A DNA stretch of 64,000 nt from an uncultured virus (IMG/VR IMGVR_UViG_3300042465_006264) (IMGVR_UViG_3300042465_006264); one strand, 5' to 3'; shown: positions 24,371 to 35,256, counted from the stretch's first letter. Notes: a model not told the origin generated them from the letters alone. A program made the numbers and translations.

Positions 24371-25651
24371 TTATACACCTATTTGAAAGAATATTGTAGA
24401 CGGTCCTTGTAAAACACAATATAAAGTATTACTGGTTAAAATATTTTTTATTATTCCAAATGAATTGTTATAACCAATTACACCATATTTTTGAAAAGAA
24501 CTAGAACTAATTAGTGTTTTTCTGTTGGAATCTGTATAAATTGTTAAGTCATAATCAATAAGTGTTGGATGGCTTAAATCAATTTTTAAAGTTTTATTTG
24601 TTAGTGTTGGGATTCTTATAATTGTTGTACTATTTACAACAAACGAACCAGTTAAAGCGGAAGACACATTTGCTGTAGCACCATCCACAATTGAAAGAGA
24701 TATCAATGAATCAAATAAATCTCCAACTACAGCAAATGATTGAGGGCTGGCCTCTCCATAAACTAAATCCATGCAAGATTTGCAATTCCAAAATTGACCA
24801 GAATAAAGAAGTCTATTTAAATTTTCTGTTCTTAACGTTGCTTGATTTAAACTTTGATTTTCAAAACAATAACGCATTGAGTTATTAATAAGATCACTTA
24901 TTACATATATGCCTGTAACACTGGTAGTAATTGGTGCTTTTAAAGATTCGGGATTTCCACGAAGATAAAAATCTACATTACACTTTGTTAGACCCATATC
25001 TTGAAAAGTTCCGCCATTTAAAAAATAAAGAATTTCTTGACCATCTTTAAATTCGGAGCATCCCAAAATTTGTATTCTTTCGCCATTCTCACAAATTCCT
25101 GCAGATAGAGAAAGATATTCTTCTTGATCAAACGCATTACCTAAAACACCAGAAGATTTAAATGTTGAGAGTGCTAAATTTGGTAATGAGTTAATTAAAT
25201 AATAGCCTGTGAATGAAGCTGTATTTTCAAATACAAATTGGGGTGTTGCATTAAAATTTTCTTTTGTAAAGTAATCGTAAGAATTACTTCCAGAAATTCC
25301 ACTGATAATATCAGCAACTATTATATTAGTTCCGTAAAAGATTTTGTTAACAGAAAATGTTCCACCTAAATTTTTTAATATGTTTTTTTCTGCATCATAA
25401 TATTCGGTGGGAGTCATATAAAACGTAGCACCCACACCTAATTTTTTAAAAGTCTGATTAAAATACATTAAATCAGAAGTATTAAAAGTATGTGAATAAT
25501 CAATATAACAACTTAAACCTTTAATTAAAATATTTGGTCTAGTTTTTAACCAACCCTTTGAAAAAATAGGATCGGTAGTGTTTCCACTTACGTATAAACC
25601 ATAATTAATTACTGATCGAAGTTTGTTTAATGTAAATTTTGTTGCTGACAT
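24371..25651 (-). CDS. Hypothetical structural protein
   Basis: 426-aa beta-rich ORF co-oriented with the upstream Gly/Thr-rich gene. Confidence 0.7.
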   Translation of the reverse strand: MSATKFTLNKLRSVINYGLYVSGNTTDPIFSKGWLKTRPNILIKGLSCYIDYSHTFNTSDLMYFNQTFKKLGVGATFYMTPTEYYDAEKNILKNLGGTFSVNKIFYGTNIIVADIISGISGSNSYDYFTKENFNATPQFVFENTASFTGYYLINSLPNLALSTFKSSGVLGNAFDQEEYLSLSAGICENGERIQILGCSEFKDGQEILYFLNGGTFQDMGLTKCNVDFYLRGNPESLKAPITTSVTGIYVISDLINNSMRYCFENQSLNQATLRTENLNRLLYSGQFWNCKSCMDLVYGEASPQSFAVVGDLFDSLISLSIVDGATANVSSALTGSFVVNSTTIIRIPTLTNKTLKIDLSHPTLIDYDLTIYTDSNRKTLISSSSFQKYGVIGYNNSFGIIKNILTSNTLYCVLQGPSTIFFQIGV

Positions 25652-25653
25652 AA

Positions 25654-26637
25654 TTAAGACGCTGCATATGTCATTATTTGATTACCACTTGCGGATGTTA
25701 CGAATATTGTATTTGTGTTGTTTAATTTTAAGAATAAAGATTCTCCTGGATCTATGGAATATCCAAAAGATGCTCCAACTAAACCAGATGTATTACCAAA
25801 ATAAATCATATTTGTATTTGATGACAATGCTTTCAATTGTATACCATTTTGGCAACTAAATCCTGCAGGATCCATTTGTGTAACGCTTGCAGAAACAGCA
25901 GTTACTCTACCCGTCTTTAGCACGGATGGAACAGAAATTCCAAGAGTTCCTAAATTGGTATTAAGCGTTCCAAGAGCAGATGAAATTCCAGCTAAGTCTG
26001 TTCTAACATTATTAATATTAACATAGATTGCTGTCAATCCATTTGTAATGTTTGTGTCATTGATGGCCAATGTATTTCCATTGGTTCTAACAGAAATGGC
26101 TGTTGCACCCGAAATACCAAATACGGCCATGCTGGTGCCGATTGTTGCTTCAAAGGTAGCTCCTGTAATTGCAACTTTAATTGCATCACCTATTGTACCA
26201 ATTTCCCAACCAGTAGTGCCAACTAATCTTACTGGAAGAAATGTAGCACCACTTGGGCCATATACTGAAATAGAATCGGCTGTGGTATATAGTCTTCCAC
26301 CTGTAACTTCAATTTGGGAACCTGTAAATGTTTTAACATAAACAGGTGAACCTGTTATACCCGTTGCTATAATTGTTCCACTTACTGGAACAGGATACCC
26401 ACCAGCAGTGCCCTGAACTGTTATTAAACCACCTACGGTTGCTGTTACACCAGAAGTAAAAGCAACAGGTAGTGGATTTGAATTTGTAACTATACTGGCT
26501 GTTCCGCATATTCCATAGGCAAGCTTGAAAAATTGAAAATGTGATGTAGATCCACTAAATTGGACAACATCTGTTGCAATAGCTGCAGTTAAGCCGGAAG
26601 TTTCTATAATAATGTTGTTGTCTGTGTCAGAGGCCAT
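25654..26637 (-). CDS. Gly/Thr-rich structural (fiber/decoration-like) protein
   Basis: Many G-x-T/S motifs; C-terminal IQLKALSSNTNMIYFG...GYSIDPGESL domain. Confidence 0.7.
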   Translation of the reverse strand: MASDTDNNIIIETSGLTAAIATDVVQFSGSTSHFQFFKLAYGICGTASIVTNSNPLPVAFTSGVTATVGGLITVQGTAGGYPVPVSGTIIATGITGSPVYVKTFTGSQIEVTGGRLYTTADSISVYGPSGATFLPVRLVGTTGWEIGTIGDAIKVAITGATFEATIGTSMAVFGISGATAISVRTNGNTLAINDTNITNGLTAIYVNINNVRTDLAGISSALGTLNTNLGTLGISVPSVLKTGRVTAVSASVTQMDPAGFSCQNGIQLKALSSNTNMIYFGNTSGLVGASFGYSIDPGESLFLKLNNTNTIFVTSASGNQIMTYAAS

Positions 26638-26715
26638 TATTTGTTCCTATAAATAGTTCTAGAATATTTAGAAGGAAATAATATTGATTTTATCAGAGAG
26701 TGAGATATATTAGTC

Positions 26716-26949
26716 ATGTACATGGACGATTCAGCAAAAGAAAAATTTTCATCAAAAGTAATTGAACGAGTTAAATCTACAAATTTATCGTTCATGGAGT
26801 GTGTTTTGGAACTTAGTGATGAAATGGGATTAGACCCATCTGCATCCGGCAAACTATTAACAAAACCTTTAATAGAAAAAATTGAGATGGAAGCTAAAGA
26901 TCTTAATTTTATAAAAAAAAGAAAAACCAAAAAACTTCCTGTTGACTAA
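26716..26949 (+). CDS. Late transcription coactivator gp33
   Basis: FS..VIE.VK....SFMECVLE...KLLTKPLIEKIEMEA.DLNFI; lies upstream of gp32 as in T4-like phages; TTGATT-N16-TATATT at 26684-26711. Confidence 0.8.
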   Translation: MYMDDSAKEKFSSKVIERVKSTNLSFMECVLELSDEMGLDPSASGKLLTKPLIEKIEMEAKDLNFIKKRKTKKLPVD

Positions 26950-26969
26950 ACTAATAGTCATCGTATAAT
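26942..26969 (+). promoter_or_regulatory. Sigma70-type promoter, 16-bp spacer
   Basis: TTGACT-N16-TATAAT. Confidence 0.8.
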
Positions 26970-27009
26970 GATCTAACAAGAAAGGCCGAGGTAGACCCTC
27001 GGGAATATT

Positions 27010-27867
27010 ATGGGTAATTTTTCAGATTTTAAAAAGAAGAGTAAGAATTCAATCGCATCACTTTCGGAGAAACTTGAAAAGTTGTCTGCGAAGGACGGTT
27101 ATAAGGATGACCGTATTTGGAAGCCGGGAATCGACAAGGCTGGCAATGGATATGCCGTAATTCGATTCCTCCCTGAGATTGAAGGTGAGGACACTCCGTT
27201 TGTAGCGGTTTATAGCCACACCTTTAAGGGCAAGGGAGGCTGGTTGTATGAGAACTGCCCAACCACCATTGGTGAGAAGTGCCCAATCTGTGCTGCCAAT
27301 AGTGAACTGTGGAACAGTGGTATTGAGGATGATAAGAATATTGCAAGAAACCGTAAGCGTAAGTTGACTTACATTTCAAATATTCTTGTTCTTGAGGATC
27401 CTGCCAACCCAGAGAATAAGGGAAAGGTTTTCCTTTATCAGTATGGAACTAAGATCTTTCAGAAGATTCAGGGCCTTGCTCACCCTGAGTTCCAAGATGA
27501 AGTTGCAGTTGATCCGTTCAATTTTTGGACGGGTGCAGACTTCAAGATTAAAATTCGCAATGTCGGTGGTTATGTAAACTACGACAGAAGCGAGTTTGCT
27601 GCTCCAGCGCCTCTTCTCGGTGGAGAAGACAAGAAGCTGGAAGAGATCTGGAAGAAGCAGTATCCTCTCAAGCCTTTCGTTGATAAGAGTCAGTTCAAGA
27701 GTTTTGAAGAACTGAATGCAAGATTCAAAAAGGCTGTTGGTGATGACATCCGTGCTCAGTATACAGAGTCCAAGAGCATTGAGGACGATGTAGAGGAGAC
27801 TACAGTAACGGATGATGTGGAGGAGAAAGATCCACTGAAGTATTTCTCAGAAATGGATCAGGATTGA
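27010..27867 (+). CDS. Single-stranded DNA-binding protein gp32
   Basis: DDRIWKP..DKAGNGYAVIRFLP, ENCPTTIGEKCPIC, GADFKIK and an acidic C-terminus. Confidence 0.95.
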   Translation: MGNFSDFKKKSKNSIASLSEKLEKLSAKDGYKDDRIWKPGIDKAGNGYAVIRFLPEIEGEDTPFVAVYSHTFKGKGGWLYENCPTTIGEKCPICAANSELWNSGIEDDKNIARNRKRKLTYISNILVLEDPANPENKGKVFLYQYGTKIFQKIQGLAHPEFQDEVAVDPFNFWTGADFKIKIRNVGGYVNYDRSEFAAPAPLLGGEDKKLEEIWKKQYPLKPFVDKSQFKSFEELNARFKKAVGDDIRAQYTESKSIEDDVEETTVTDDVEEKDPLKYFSEMDQD

Positions 27868-27868
27868 G

Positions 27869-27893
27869 AAAGCCCCCGAAAGGGGGCTTTTTT
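27869..27893. terminator. Intrinsic terminator
   Basis: AAAGCCCCC-GAAA-GGGGGCTTTTTT. Confidence 0.85.
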
Positions 27894-27895
27894 AT

Positions 27896-28504
27896 TTAAG
27901 CCCACTCAGGGGGCATTGATGCTTCTTTGTTTTTTAGATCAAAGAAAAATTTTTGACTATTTACGGTTTTAACTGCTTCTTCATCAAAAATTTTTGAGTC
28001 CTGAATTAACATGTTATTTATTACCTCTTGAACAGCATCTATATCTGACTTCTGTTTATCATTTATTTTTTGATGAACTTTTAATTCTTCTTTTAACTTT
28101 TTTATTTCATCCACAAGAGTTTCAATCTCTGCATCCATCAAACCTATTTCTTTAGTTAAATCCGGACCAGATGTAGATGGTATTGGTGTTCCAGTTGCCA
28201 CAGTAGGCATAACACCACCAGTCCCACTAGTTGTTGTAGATCTAGGGTCTTCCATGGACAATCTGGTTATATTAGCCTTACCAGATAAAACATCCATTAA
28301 ATTTATATCTCTACCATCTTTAAAAACGGTTTTGGACATTTCATCTTTTATTAAACCTTCACCGGATTTAATACCCAAAACATCTGCTTCAGCAGAAGAA
28401 TCAATTTTTGTTGTTCTACCTAAATTCGGTTGTGGCGCAGATATATCATCGTATCTTGCAACTTGATCAAATCTGTTTTTATTATTTTCTGGTAAATCAT
28501 TCAT
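27896..28504 (-). CDS. Hypothetical protein of the baseplate-hub operon
   Basis: 202-aa ORF overlapping the gp51-like gene; predicted coiled coil. Confidence 0.7.
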   Translation of the reverse strand: MNDLPENNKNRFDQVARYDDISAPQPNLGRTTKIDSSAEADVLGIKSGEGLIKDEMSKTVFKDGRDINLMDVLSGKANITRLSMEDPRSTTTSGTGGVMPTVATGTPIPSTSGPDLTKEIGLMDAEIETLVDEIKKLKEELKVHQKINDKQKSDIDAVQEVINNMLIQDSKIFDEEAVKTVNSQKFFFDLKNKEASMPPEWA

Positions 28505-28688
28505 ATATGTTATTTAATGGGTTTTCTGAAAAACTATTTTTTATTTTTTTATTGTGTTGAATGAGAAGATTTGTATATATGTCTCTTTCCCAAAATAACA
28601 TATTTTCAATATCACCTAAATTCATGTTTCCAACATTCAACAAATTAAAATTAGTAACGTAATAATTTTTTAAATCAAAAAATTTCAT
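28497..28688 (-). CDS. Baseplate hub assembly protein gp51-like
   Basis: NYYVTNFNLL...DIENMLFWERDIY. Confidence 0.75.
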   Translation of the reverse strand: MKFFDLKNYYVTNFNLLNVGNMNLGDIENMLFWERDIYTNLLIQHNKKIKNSFSENPLNNIYE

Positions 28689-29344
28689 TGAAAGGTAAAA
28701 AAACTTAGAAAACCTGTTACCTCACTTTCTTCATTATCTACTTTTACTGAAAAATGAAGTTCAGGATGTTTTATTTTTTCTAACTCATTTAAAATATTTA
28801 AAGGCAAATTTTCTAAAAATTCAGATATTTCATTTGGAACAAACTTTTCTACATTGTAAATTTCTTTGTTTACAACAATTTCTTTAATTGATGCCAGTAG
28901 CATGTTCTTTCTTGACAGATCATTTAATTGTAAAATGTTTTTCACTTTTGGTGTTTCAATTTTTAAAACCAATTTTGGAGATACCTTTATTTCTGTATCT
29001 ACAAAATTATTTTTGGTTTCTATATTAAAGATATTAATTTTAACGTGATTATTGTTTACAACTAAATTTATGTTTTCTTCAACGCTCTTAGATCTTATAA
29101 GCAAAAATAGATATTCAGCATCCGCCAAGCAAAGATCTAAAGGATTAACCTTTACACAGCAATTCTTTAGAAGATCTACCATTGCTTTTAATGCAAGTTT
29201 TTTATTGTCTTCTTGAAGAATGATCGATATATTTTTTGAATCTTTTACTCTGAATGGTGTAAAAGATACTTCTTGTTTTGAAAATGGAAGAACTGCGTCA
29301 TATGTTGGCAACGACTCTTGTATTTGTTTTAATAACTCTTTCAT
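28685..29344 (-). CDS. Baseplate hub subunit gp26-like
   Basis: LPTY...LP.SK..V.F.PF.VK and D.EYLFL.IRSKSV.E motifs. Confidence 0.8.
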   Translation of the reverse strand: MKELLKQIQESLPTYDAVLPFSKQEVSFTPFRVKDSKNISIILQEDNKKLALKAMVDLLKNCCVKVNPLDLCLADAEYLFLLIRSKSVEENINLVVNNNHVKINIFNIETKNNFVDTEIKVSPKLVLKIETPKVKNILQLNDLSRKNMLLASIKEIVVNKEIYNVEKFVPNEISEFLENLPLNILNELEKIKHPELHFSVKVDNEESEVTGFLSFFTFQ

Positions 29345-29359
29345 ATATTATATCCACCT

Positions 29360-29947
29360 TTAAGCAATATTATATTGATAATCTCTATAACCAAATACCA
29401 CTGGATATGTTAAATAAGTGTTTTCAGTTTTCATGGAAAGAAGAAACGGCTGTGTTTCTACTGGAAATACTTCACTTAGCGTAATTGTTAAATTTGGATT
29501 TCCATTAGGATCTAAAATTGATATATCCATAAAAACAGGAAGAACAGCATCATCATAAAATGGTAAAATGTAATTTCTTGATTGGTTGACTCTATTATTA
29601 GCAAAGTTACTTGAATAAAAGTAATTAAACCACTGATCTATTAAGTCTAGTATAAATGAATCATTTGTGATAGGAAACGTGATAATAATACCACTAGTTA
29701 ATATTTTTTGATATCTTGGAACATATCTACCCGGTCCATATCCTTGCAATCCATCAACAACAGTTTCTAGCGATCTAGGAGGAAATACTACTTCTTGTGC
29801 TTGAACTACCGGGGATCTTCCATTTTGGTCTCTAAATTGAAAAGGCAGATTGCGAAATGCAACACTAAATCTATTACTTAATTGCAAACCATTGTGGTTT
29901 GCAAAGTATGTTTTTATTGTTTCTATTGAGTTATTATTCTCTGCCAT
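29360..29947 (-). CDS. Tail-tube-fold baseplate protein (gp54-like)
   Basis: NRFSV...V.FP.RSL, EVFPV and VVFGYR motifs; position next to gp4. Confidence 0.65.
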   Translation of the reverse strand: MAENNNSIETIKTYFANHNGLQLSNRFSVAFRNLPFQFRDQNGRSPVVQAQEVVFPPRSLETVVDGLQGYGPGRYVPRYQKILTSGIIITFPITNDSFILDLIDQWFNYFYSSNFANNRVNQSRNYILPFYDDAVLPVFMDISILDPNGNPNLTITLSEVFPVETQPFLLSMKTENTYLTYPVVFGYRDYQYNIA

Positions 29948-30359
29948 TTTTAAATATTTCTTTTTCTGTAATTATTTTAAATTCCATATTGTGTTTTTTA
30001 CAATAGTTTTCTGCGGCTTGCCATTTAGCTTGATTGATAATCCAAGTTAATTTTTCTTTTTTAGATGCGTTTTCTTTTAAATAAGTTTGTTTTGATGGCT
30101 TAACTTCAATCATCCAAGTAGTAGTTTTTCCTTTTTGATCAAATTCTATTAAAAAATCTGGAAAGTAATTGTGAATTTTTTTATCAAGAGGACTCATATA
30201 AGGAATGACGATTTCCTCAAATGTCCATTTTTTTATATTTGGATTTTCATCACAAAATTTACATATATTTCGCTCCCATAATGATCTACAGTTTATTTTT
30301 GATACATCACCAATATACTTCGACGTATTTTTGGGATTAAATTTTGTCTTGTAGGCCAT
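29934..30359 (-). CDS. Head completion nuclease gp4
   Basis: MAYK.KF.PKN..KY.GD, RSLWER, YFPDF and IEVKP motifs. Confidence 0.9.
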   Translation of the reverse strand: MAYKTKFNPKNTSKYIGDVSKINCRSLWERNICKFCDENPNIKKWTFEEIVIPYMSPLDKKIHNYFPDFLIEFDQKGKTTTWMIEVKPSKQTYLKENASKKEKLTWIINQAKWQAAENYCKKHNMEFKIITEKEIFKNGRE

Positions 30360-30385
30360 ATAAAATATTTATGATAAATATTTTT

Positions 30386-31216
30386 ATGCCAGTAAACTAC
30401 GCATATCCTTTTGCTCCGTATGTTCAAGATCAACCACTATTTTTAAAGTTTTTTGTTTCAACTTACTCCGTAAAGAATACAGAAAGAACAAGAAATTCAG
30501 TACAAAATCGTGCAGCATATACCATTACATTGCCTCTACCAAGCGATGTCGGTTATGCTGCAGCACATGAATTCGGCCAAGGCTGGACTCCTATAGCACC
30601 AATTACTGGGTTTACACCAAACATATTAAATAATGGTGGAAAGATGAAAAATGGAGAGATTGATACTAGCAACTATGACGCGGGAAGAGAATACAGTTCA
30701 GTATCTTTCATACAAGAGTTACAAAACCTTCAAAGTTCAACATTTAAAAAGTTTTCCAACGTAACCGAATTAACAATGGTATCCGAGGCTAGAAAGAGAT
30801 ATGAATTCAAATACATATTTGCTCCAAAAAATCAAAGAGAAGCGGTGACTGTTGAACAAATTTGTGGAACATTTAAAAAGACATCATATCCAACCGCAGT
30901 TGCTGGGTTACCAGAAAGAACATTCCCTCAAAATTTATGGTCAATGGAAATTATTCCAAATACAGGTTTAGTGGCTACTAACGTAGATTATACATCAGAT
31001 TGGTTGGGGGACCCACTAGTATGTGTATTAACATCTGTTACAGTTAAAAAGAACGATAAAGCAGACCCCGTAGTTCGTTTATTACCTACAGGGCATTCAA
31101 ATATAACTCTTCTTTCTGTGGCTTTTGAGGAATTTGAAACCGGAACATGGGATCCCGAAACACAATCTATTTTATCAAAGTCTGAACTTTCTGCAAAAGA
31201 ATTCCCCAATGATTAA
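30386..31216 (+). CDS. Baseplate tail-tube cap gp48-like
   Basis: ITLPLP, RYEFKYIFAPKNQREA, CVLTSVTV and LSVAFEE motifs. Confidence 0.75.
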   Translation: MPVNYAYPFAPYVQDQPLFLKFFVSTYSVKNTERTRNSVQNRAAYTITLPLPSDVGYAAAHEFGQGWTPIAPITGFTPNILNNGGKMKNGEIDTSNYDAGREYSSVSFIQELQNLQSSTFKKFSNVTELTMVSEARKRYEFKYIFAPKNQREAVTVEQICGTFKKTSYPTAVAGLPERTFPQNLWSMEIIPNTGLVATNVDYTSDWLGDPLVCVLTSVTVKKNDKADPVVRLLPTGHSNITLLSVAFEEFETGTWDPETQSILSKSELSAKEFPND

Positions 31217-32045
31217 TTATTTTAATAGTTTACCAACAAGATCTTATACAACAACAATAGGCAATTTTAATATTGTTGACATGACATCCTATTATACAGT
31301 AAACGATTCTAAATTTGTGTTGACAGAATTGGTAATCGATAGTAATGACACACTTATAGAAACATCTAAAAAAATTTATGATAACATTGATTCTTTTTGG
31401 CTATTTTTATTTGCAAATAAAAAAATAAATCCGTTTGATTTATTAGAACCTAACAACTCTGTACAAGAAAATACTGTAGCTGGATTTACTGGATTACAAC
31501 TTTTAGTTTATAACAGCGCTGAAGATGCAATTTTTACTAATGGATCATTGATATTTCCTCGCACAGAAAATACTGGTGCTAACTGGGAGTATGGTAGTAC
31601 AGGAGAATTTGATTTAAATGGTGGTTTTGCTTTGATTGAGTCTTACAATCCATTTTCAAAGCGAGCAGTAATAAAATATCTAGAAGGCTTTACCTTTGCA
31701 AATGCTAATGATATGGGTCCATTAAAGGGCATCGTAGGTTCTTCAACAGGATATACTTGGTACGACAAACAAGCAGGAATTTATGGAATAACCCAAGAAC
31801 TTGGTGTGGCCAGTAAAATTGAATATTCCTTTAATGACGTTAAAGACCTAATAAAAGTTAACTCTGAATATCCTCTTTTGAAAAAGGGAAGTGGTCAATC
31901 ACCATATGAACCAGTAGGCACAGGTGGGGTTGTTATAAGTAATTCAGAGACTATTAAAAATACTATTCCCAAAATACAAATGTATTTGAAGGGATCTCTA
32001 AAAGATTCTTTCTTCAAAAAAATAACCCAAAATTATAGAGTTTAA
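31209..32045 (+). CDS. Baseplate wedge gp53-like
   Basis: YFNSLP..SY and IYDNIDSFWLFLFANKKINPF motifs; follows gp48. Confidence 0.7.
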   Translation: MINYFNSLPTRSYTTTIGNFNIVDMTSYYTVNDSKFVLTELVIDSNDTLIETSKKIYDNIDSFWLFLFANKKINPFDLLEPNNSVQENTVAGFTGLQLLVYNSAEDAIFTNGSLIFPRTENTGANWEYGSTGEFDLNGGFALIESYNPFSKRAVIKYLEGFTFANANDMGPLKGIVGSSTGYTWYDKQAGIYGITQELGVASKIEYSFNDVKDLIKVNSEYPLLKKGSGQSPYEPVGTGGVVISNSETIKNTIPKIQMYLKGSLKDSFFKKITQNYRV

Positions 32046-32050
32046 TATAC

Positions 32051-34453
32051 ATGGCAACTAATCCTTTAACCTCGCAAATCAGTGATATTCTTTTAGTAAA
32101 TGATAAAGTTGATGGTCCCATTTCTGAGGCTGGAGATGAATTGACAAAAGGAATTAGATTATTTGATAGAAATAAAAATGTTTATTGTCAATTTGAAAAA
32201 ATAGAATTGATTGAAAGTGTTTTTGAACCATATCCTAAAGGGAGTTTAATACTTAGAGATATTCAAGATATAGTATCATATATCAAAAGTAATGAGATAG
32301 ATACTATAATAATGTTTGACGTAAATGGTAATCGTTGGTGTTTTTATATAACCAGCACAAGTTACATAAACAATGCTGCTGCAGAAACAGAACAAACATT
32401 TGTTTCAATTAATTTTACAAATTATATCTATAAACTGGCAGAACAATCTTCTTTTTCTCAAATTGAAGGTCCTGTTCCTTATTCAAGACCAATACATAAA
32501 AATTTTAGACTTGTTAGTGCTATATATGAAAGCGTTACAACCAGTGTAGATTCTCCATTTAGAAATTTTTCTTTAGACTTAAATTCACCAAATAGAAAAG
32601 AAGACTTTTTTCCGTACTTCGCGGATAAAACAGAAAATTTATCTTTTTATGTTGGGTTGAATGGAGTTGAAGATAGAACACACTATCCAATAGACAATAC
32701 AATTCAATATCTTTCGTATTTGAGTTCATATTCTATACCAAAAGCATACAATCCAGATGAACCAATAGAAGCAAAAGACTTAGGTTTTTTTACTCAAAAC
32801 AACATTTTTGTTGGAGAAATAATTTATGATTCAAATTTTCCAAGATTTTTATTTTGGACAGGTTGGTTTGAAACCATAATATTTAAATATTTTTATCAAG
32901 ATTTGAAAAAAGATAAAATAGCTCAAGCTAAAAGAAAAGTAAAAGAATTTAATTATGCTGTGTATGATTCAGATAATACATACATTCAAATAGAAGTTGA
33001 TGGAGAAGAAGCAAAGTTTAAAAAAATATATTCTTTGGCTACTAGTCCCGCAGATCAATTCATGTCAAAGAAATATTTTTATGTAAGAAAAACTCCTAAA
33101 TTTTTAAATGATGTAAGTGGTAACACTACATTTGACGGTAACACATTTGCTAAATTATCATTTCAATTCCAAGATGAAGGTCAAAAATATGATTATCAAA
33201 TTGTTTCTTCGGATGGGGTTGTAAATAAAGTACCTCAAGGAGCAAATGAATTAATTTATAAAAATTTTTGGGGTTTTTATGATTCTATGAATCCATTGGA
33301 TAATGTCAGTAACACTACTCATATAGGTAGAGATTTTGGTTATGGTGGTGCTTATTATGATACCAATTTTATGGGTGATACTGGATATATGCCTTATGTT
33401 GACTGTGCGGAAATGTGGAAAAATCAATTTGATTTAACTCCTGTAGATCCCAATTTGGGAGAAAAAATAAATTATGATGCTGGTGCAGTTTCAGGTGGGC
33501 CTGAATTAAATTATTTAAATCGAATTGCTTTAATACGTTATAATACTTTTGATAAATTAAAAGGTGTTTCAAAACAACTAGAACATATTAGAAAAATAGA
33601 AAGACAAAATTTTATTTCTTATGTTTTATGTTGTATCAAAGAAGCCAAGGAAGAAACTTTTTTTGCTGCTCTGTTAGGTAGAGACCAATCTGGTTGGGAT
33701 CCATATTTTAAACAAAAAGGTGTAAACGGGGAACCATTAAAATACAGATATGCTTGGGCAAAATTAAAATTAATAGATGATCCAACAGCAATCAAGTTAA
33801 ACTTAAAACAAACAGAGCCAGATTGGATGTATGGAAATGAATATGAAATATTTTCAACACCAGAAAATAGATTATGGGTTTTAGATGTGGGTGATCCGCT
33901 TTATGATCCGGTTACTAGAAAACCCAACGGAGAATGGTCTGGATGGCCTTTCCAAGATTTAAGATTCAATTTTGCTATTAATATAAGTGAAAGAACTAAT
34001 TGGTATTCTGCAACAGGATTAACTTATAGTGGATTTCCTTTATTCCCATTCTTAGGTCAAGGAACTACAGGAGATGAAGGTGGGTATTATTCTCCAAGTT
34101 GGCATGCACAAAGTGTAATAGATGAGGGATTCCAAAAAATAAAATATCGCCCAATCGGTCATCCAATAATAGATTTAACAGCAGGCACTATTAGAGTAGA
34201 ACCTAAAGGAATAACATTTCCTCCACTTTATAGTCAAGATGCGGCTGATGAAAAACAATTACCAGTATATCCAACAGGATCATGTGCCTTTTATGAATTT
34301 AAAAAATTACACATCGTTAAAATGTATAAAATTCCAGTTATAAAACTTTTGAGAGATTCAAATATAACAGATCAAGCCTTACTACGGTTCTATGATGGAA
34401 AATTTATTTATTGGTTTGATGCACAAAATATAATGGATGGGCCATGCGATTAA
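32051..34453 (+). CDS. Large baseplate-region protein; N-terminus resembles hub gp27
   Basis: IELIESVFEPYPKGSLILRD at the N-terminus; lies between gp53 and gp25. Confidence 0.55.
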   Translation: MATNPLTSQISDILLVNDKVDGPISEAGDELTKGIRLFDRNKNVYCQFEKIELIESVFEPYPKGSLILRDIQDIVSYIKSNEIDTIIMFDVNGNRWCFYITSTSYINNAAAETEQTFVSINFTNYIYKLAEQSSFSQIEGPVPYSRPIHKNFRLVSAIYESVTTSVDSPFRNFSLDLNSPNRKEDFFPYFADKTENLSFYVGLNGVEDRTHYPIDNTIQYLSYLSSYSIPKAYNPDEPIEAKDLGFFTQNNIFVGEIIYDSNFPRFLFWTGWFETIIFKYFYQDLKKDKIAQAKRKVKEFNYAVYDSDNTYIQIEVDGEEAKFKKIYSLATSPADQFMSKKYFYVRKTPKFLNDVSGNTTFDGNTFAKLSFQFQDEGQKYDYQIVSSDGVVNKVPQGANELIYKNFWGFYDSMNPLDNVSNTTHIGRDFGYGGAYYDTNFMGDTGYMPYVDCAEMWKNQFDLTPVDPNLGEKINYDAGAVSGGPELNYLNRIALIRYNTFDKLKGVSKQLEHIRKIERQNFISYVLCCIKEAKEETFFAALLGRDQSGWDPYFKQKGVNGEPLKYRYAWAKLKLIDDPTAIKLNLKQTEPDWMYGNEYEIFSTPENRLWVLDVGDPLYDPVTRKPNGEWSGWPFQDLRFNFAINISERTNWYSATGLTYSGFPLFPFLGQGTTGDEGGYYSPSWHAQSVIDEGFQKIKYRPIGHPIIDLTAGTIRVEPKGITFPPLYSQDAADEKQLPVYPTGSCAFYEFKKLHIVKMYKIPVIKLLRDSNITDQALLRFYDGKFIYWFDAQNIMDGPCD

Positions 34454-35223
34454 ATAATAAACCAAATCAAATTGTAACTGTTGGTGCAAGTGAAGTTCAA
34501 ATTGCAAACACCACTCTTTCATCGAAGCATTCTTATACATGTGCTAATGCACAAATAACAAGAGGTTTTACAAATCCTCCTATATCTATAACAGAATGTC
34601 TTGATAAATTTCCAAATATAAAAGTTATAGCCGATGCAATGGGTGTGTGTGGTGGTAACTATTGGTATGGACCATATGTAGAAGGATTTTGTGCGGCTAT
34701 AAGTCCATTTTACGACTTGCTTACTGGAATAACATCAGACGAATGTAATGAAATTACAGGTGGCACATTTCCACCATTTTATAGCGATAAAGATGGTGAG
34801 GTCATGTTGGGAACTGCATGGCTAGGATGTCTTTGGGGTTCTCCTATGGCTTCTTTCAGTTGCACATGTCCCGATATAGGAGAGAGATTTGCAGATTATT
34901 TAAAATTAAGATTGAATGTTGCGACATTTTGGAAAACACCAATAGAAGTACCAGCACAAAGACAAGAATTTTTAGATTCAGTCCAATATGGTGAGCGTGT
35001 TACAATTTCTATTGCTGGTGATTTATCTATATCACCAGGAGATATTGTTCGTCTTAAAGTAGATAACATGGCATCAATGTCAGGTCCATCTACATCCCAA
35101 CCAGGACAATCTGTGTTAACTAGAGATTATTACGTTTTATCTGTAAAAAATAACATATTAAATTCCGGCTCTCATACAACAACTTTGGAAATCTGTAATA
35201 TTAGAAAAAATGCCGAAGTATAA
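34444..35223 (+). CDS. Baseplate-region protein; C-terminus resembles a hub C-terminal barrel
   Basis: VTISIAGDLSISPGDIVRL...YYVLSVKNNI...HTTTLEI. Confidence 0.55.
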   Translation: MRLNNKPNQIVTVGASEVQIANTTLSSKHSYTCANAQITRGFTNPPISITECLDKFPNIKVIADAMGVCGGNYWYGPYVEGFCAAISPFYDLLTGITSDECNEITGGTFPPFYSDKDGEVMLGTAWLGCLWGSPMASFSCTCPDIGERFADYLKLRLNVATFWKTPIEVPAQRQEFLDSVQYGERVTISIAGDLSISPGDIVRLKVDNMASMSGPSTSQPGQSVLTRDYYVLSVKNNILNSGSHTTTLEICNIRKNAEV

Positions 35224-35256
35224 TAAAATAATACAAAACTCTTATAAATATTAAGA

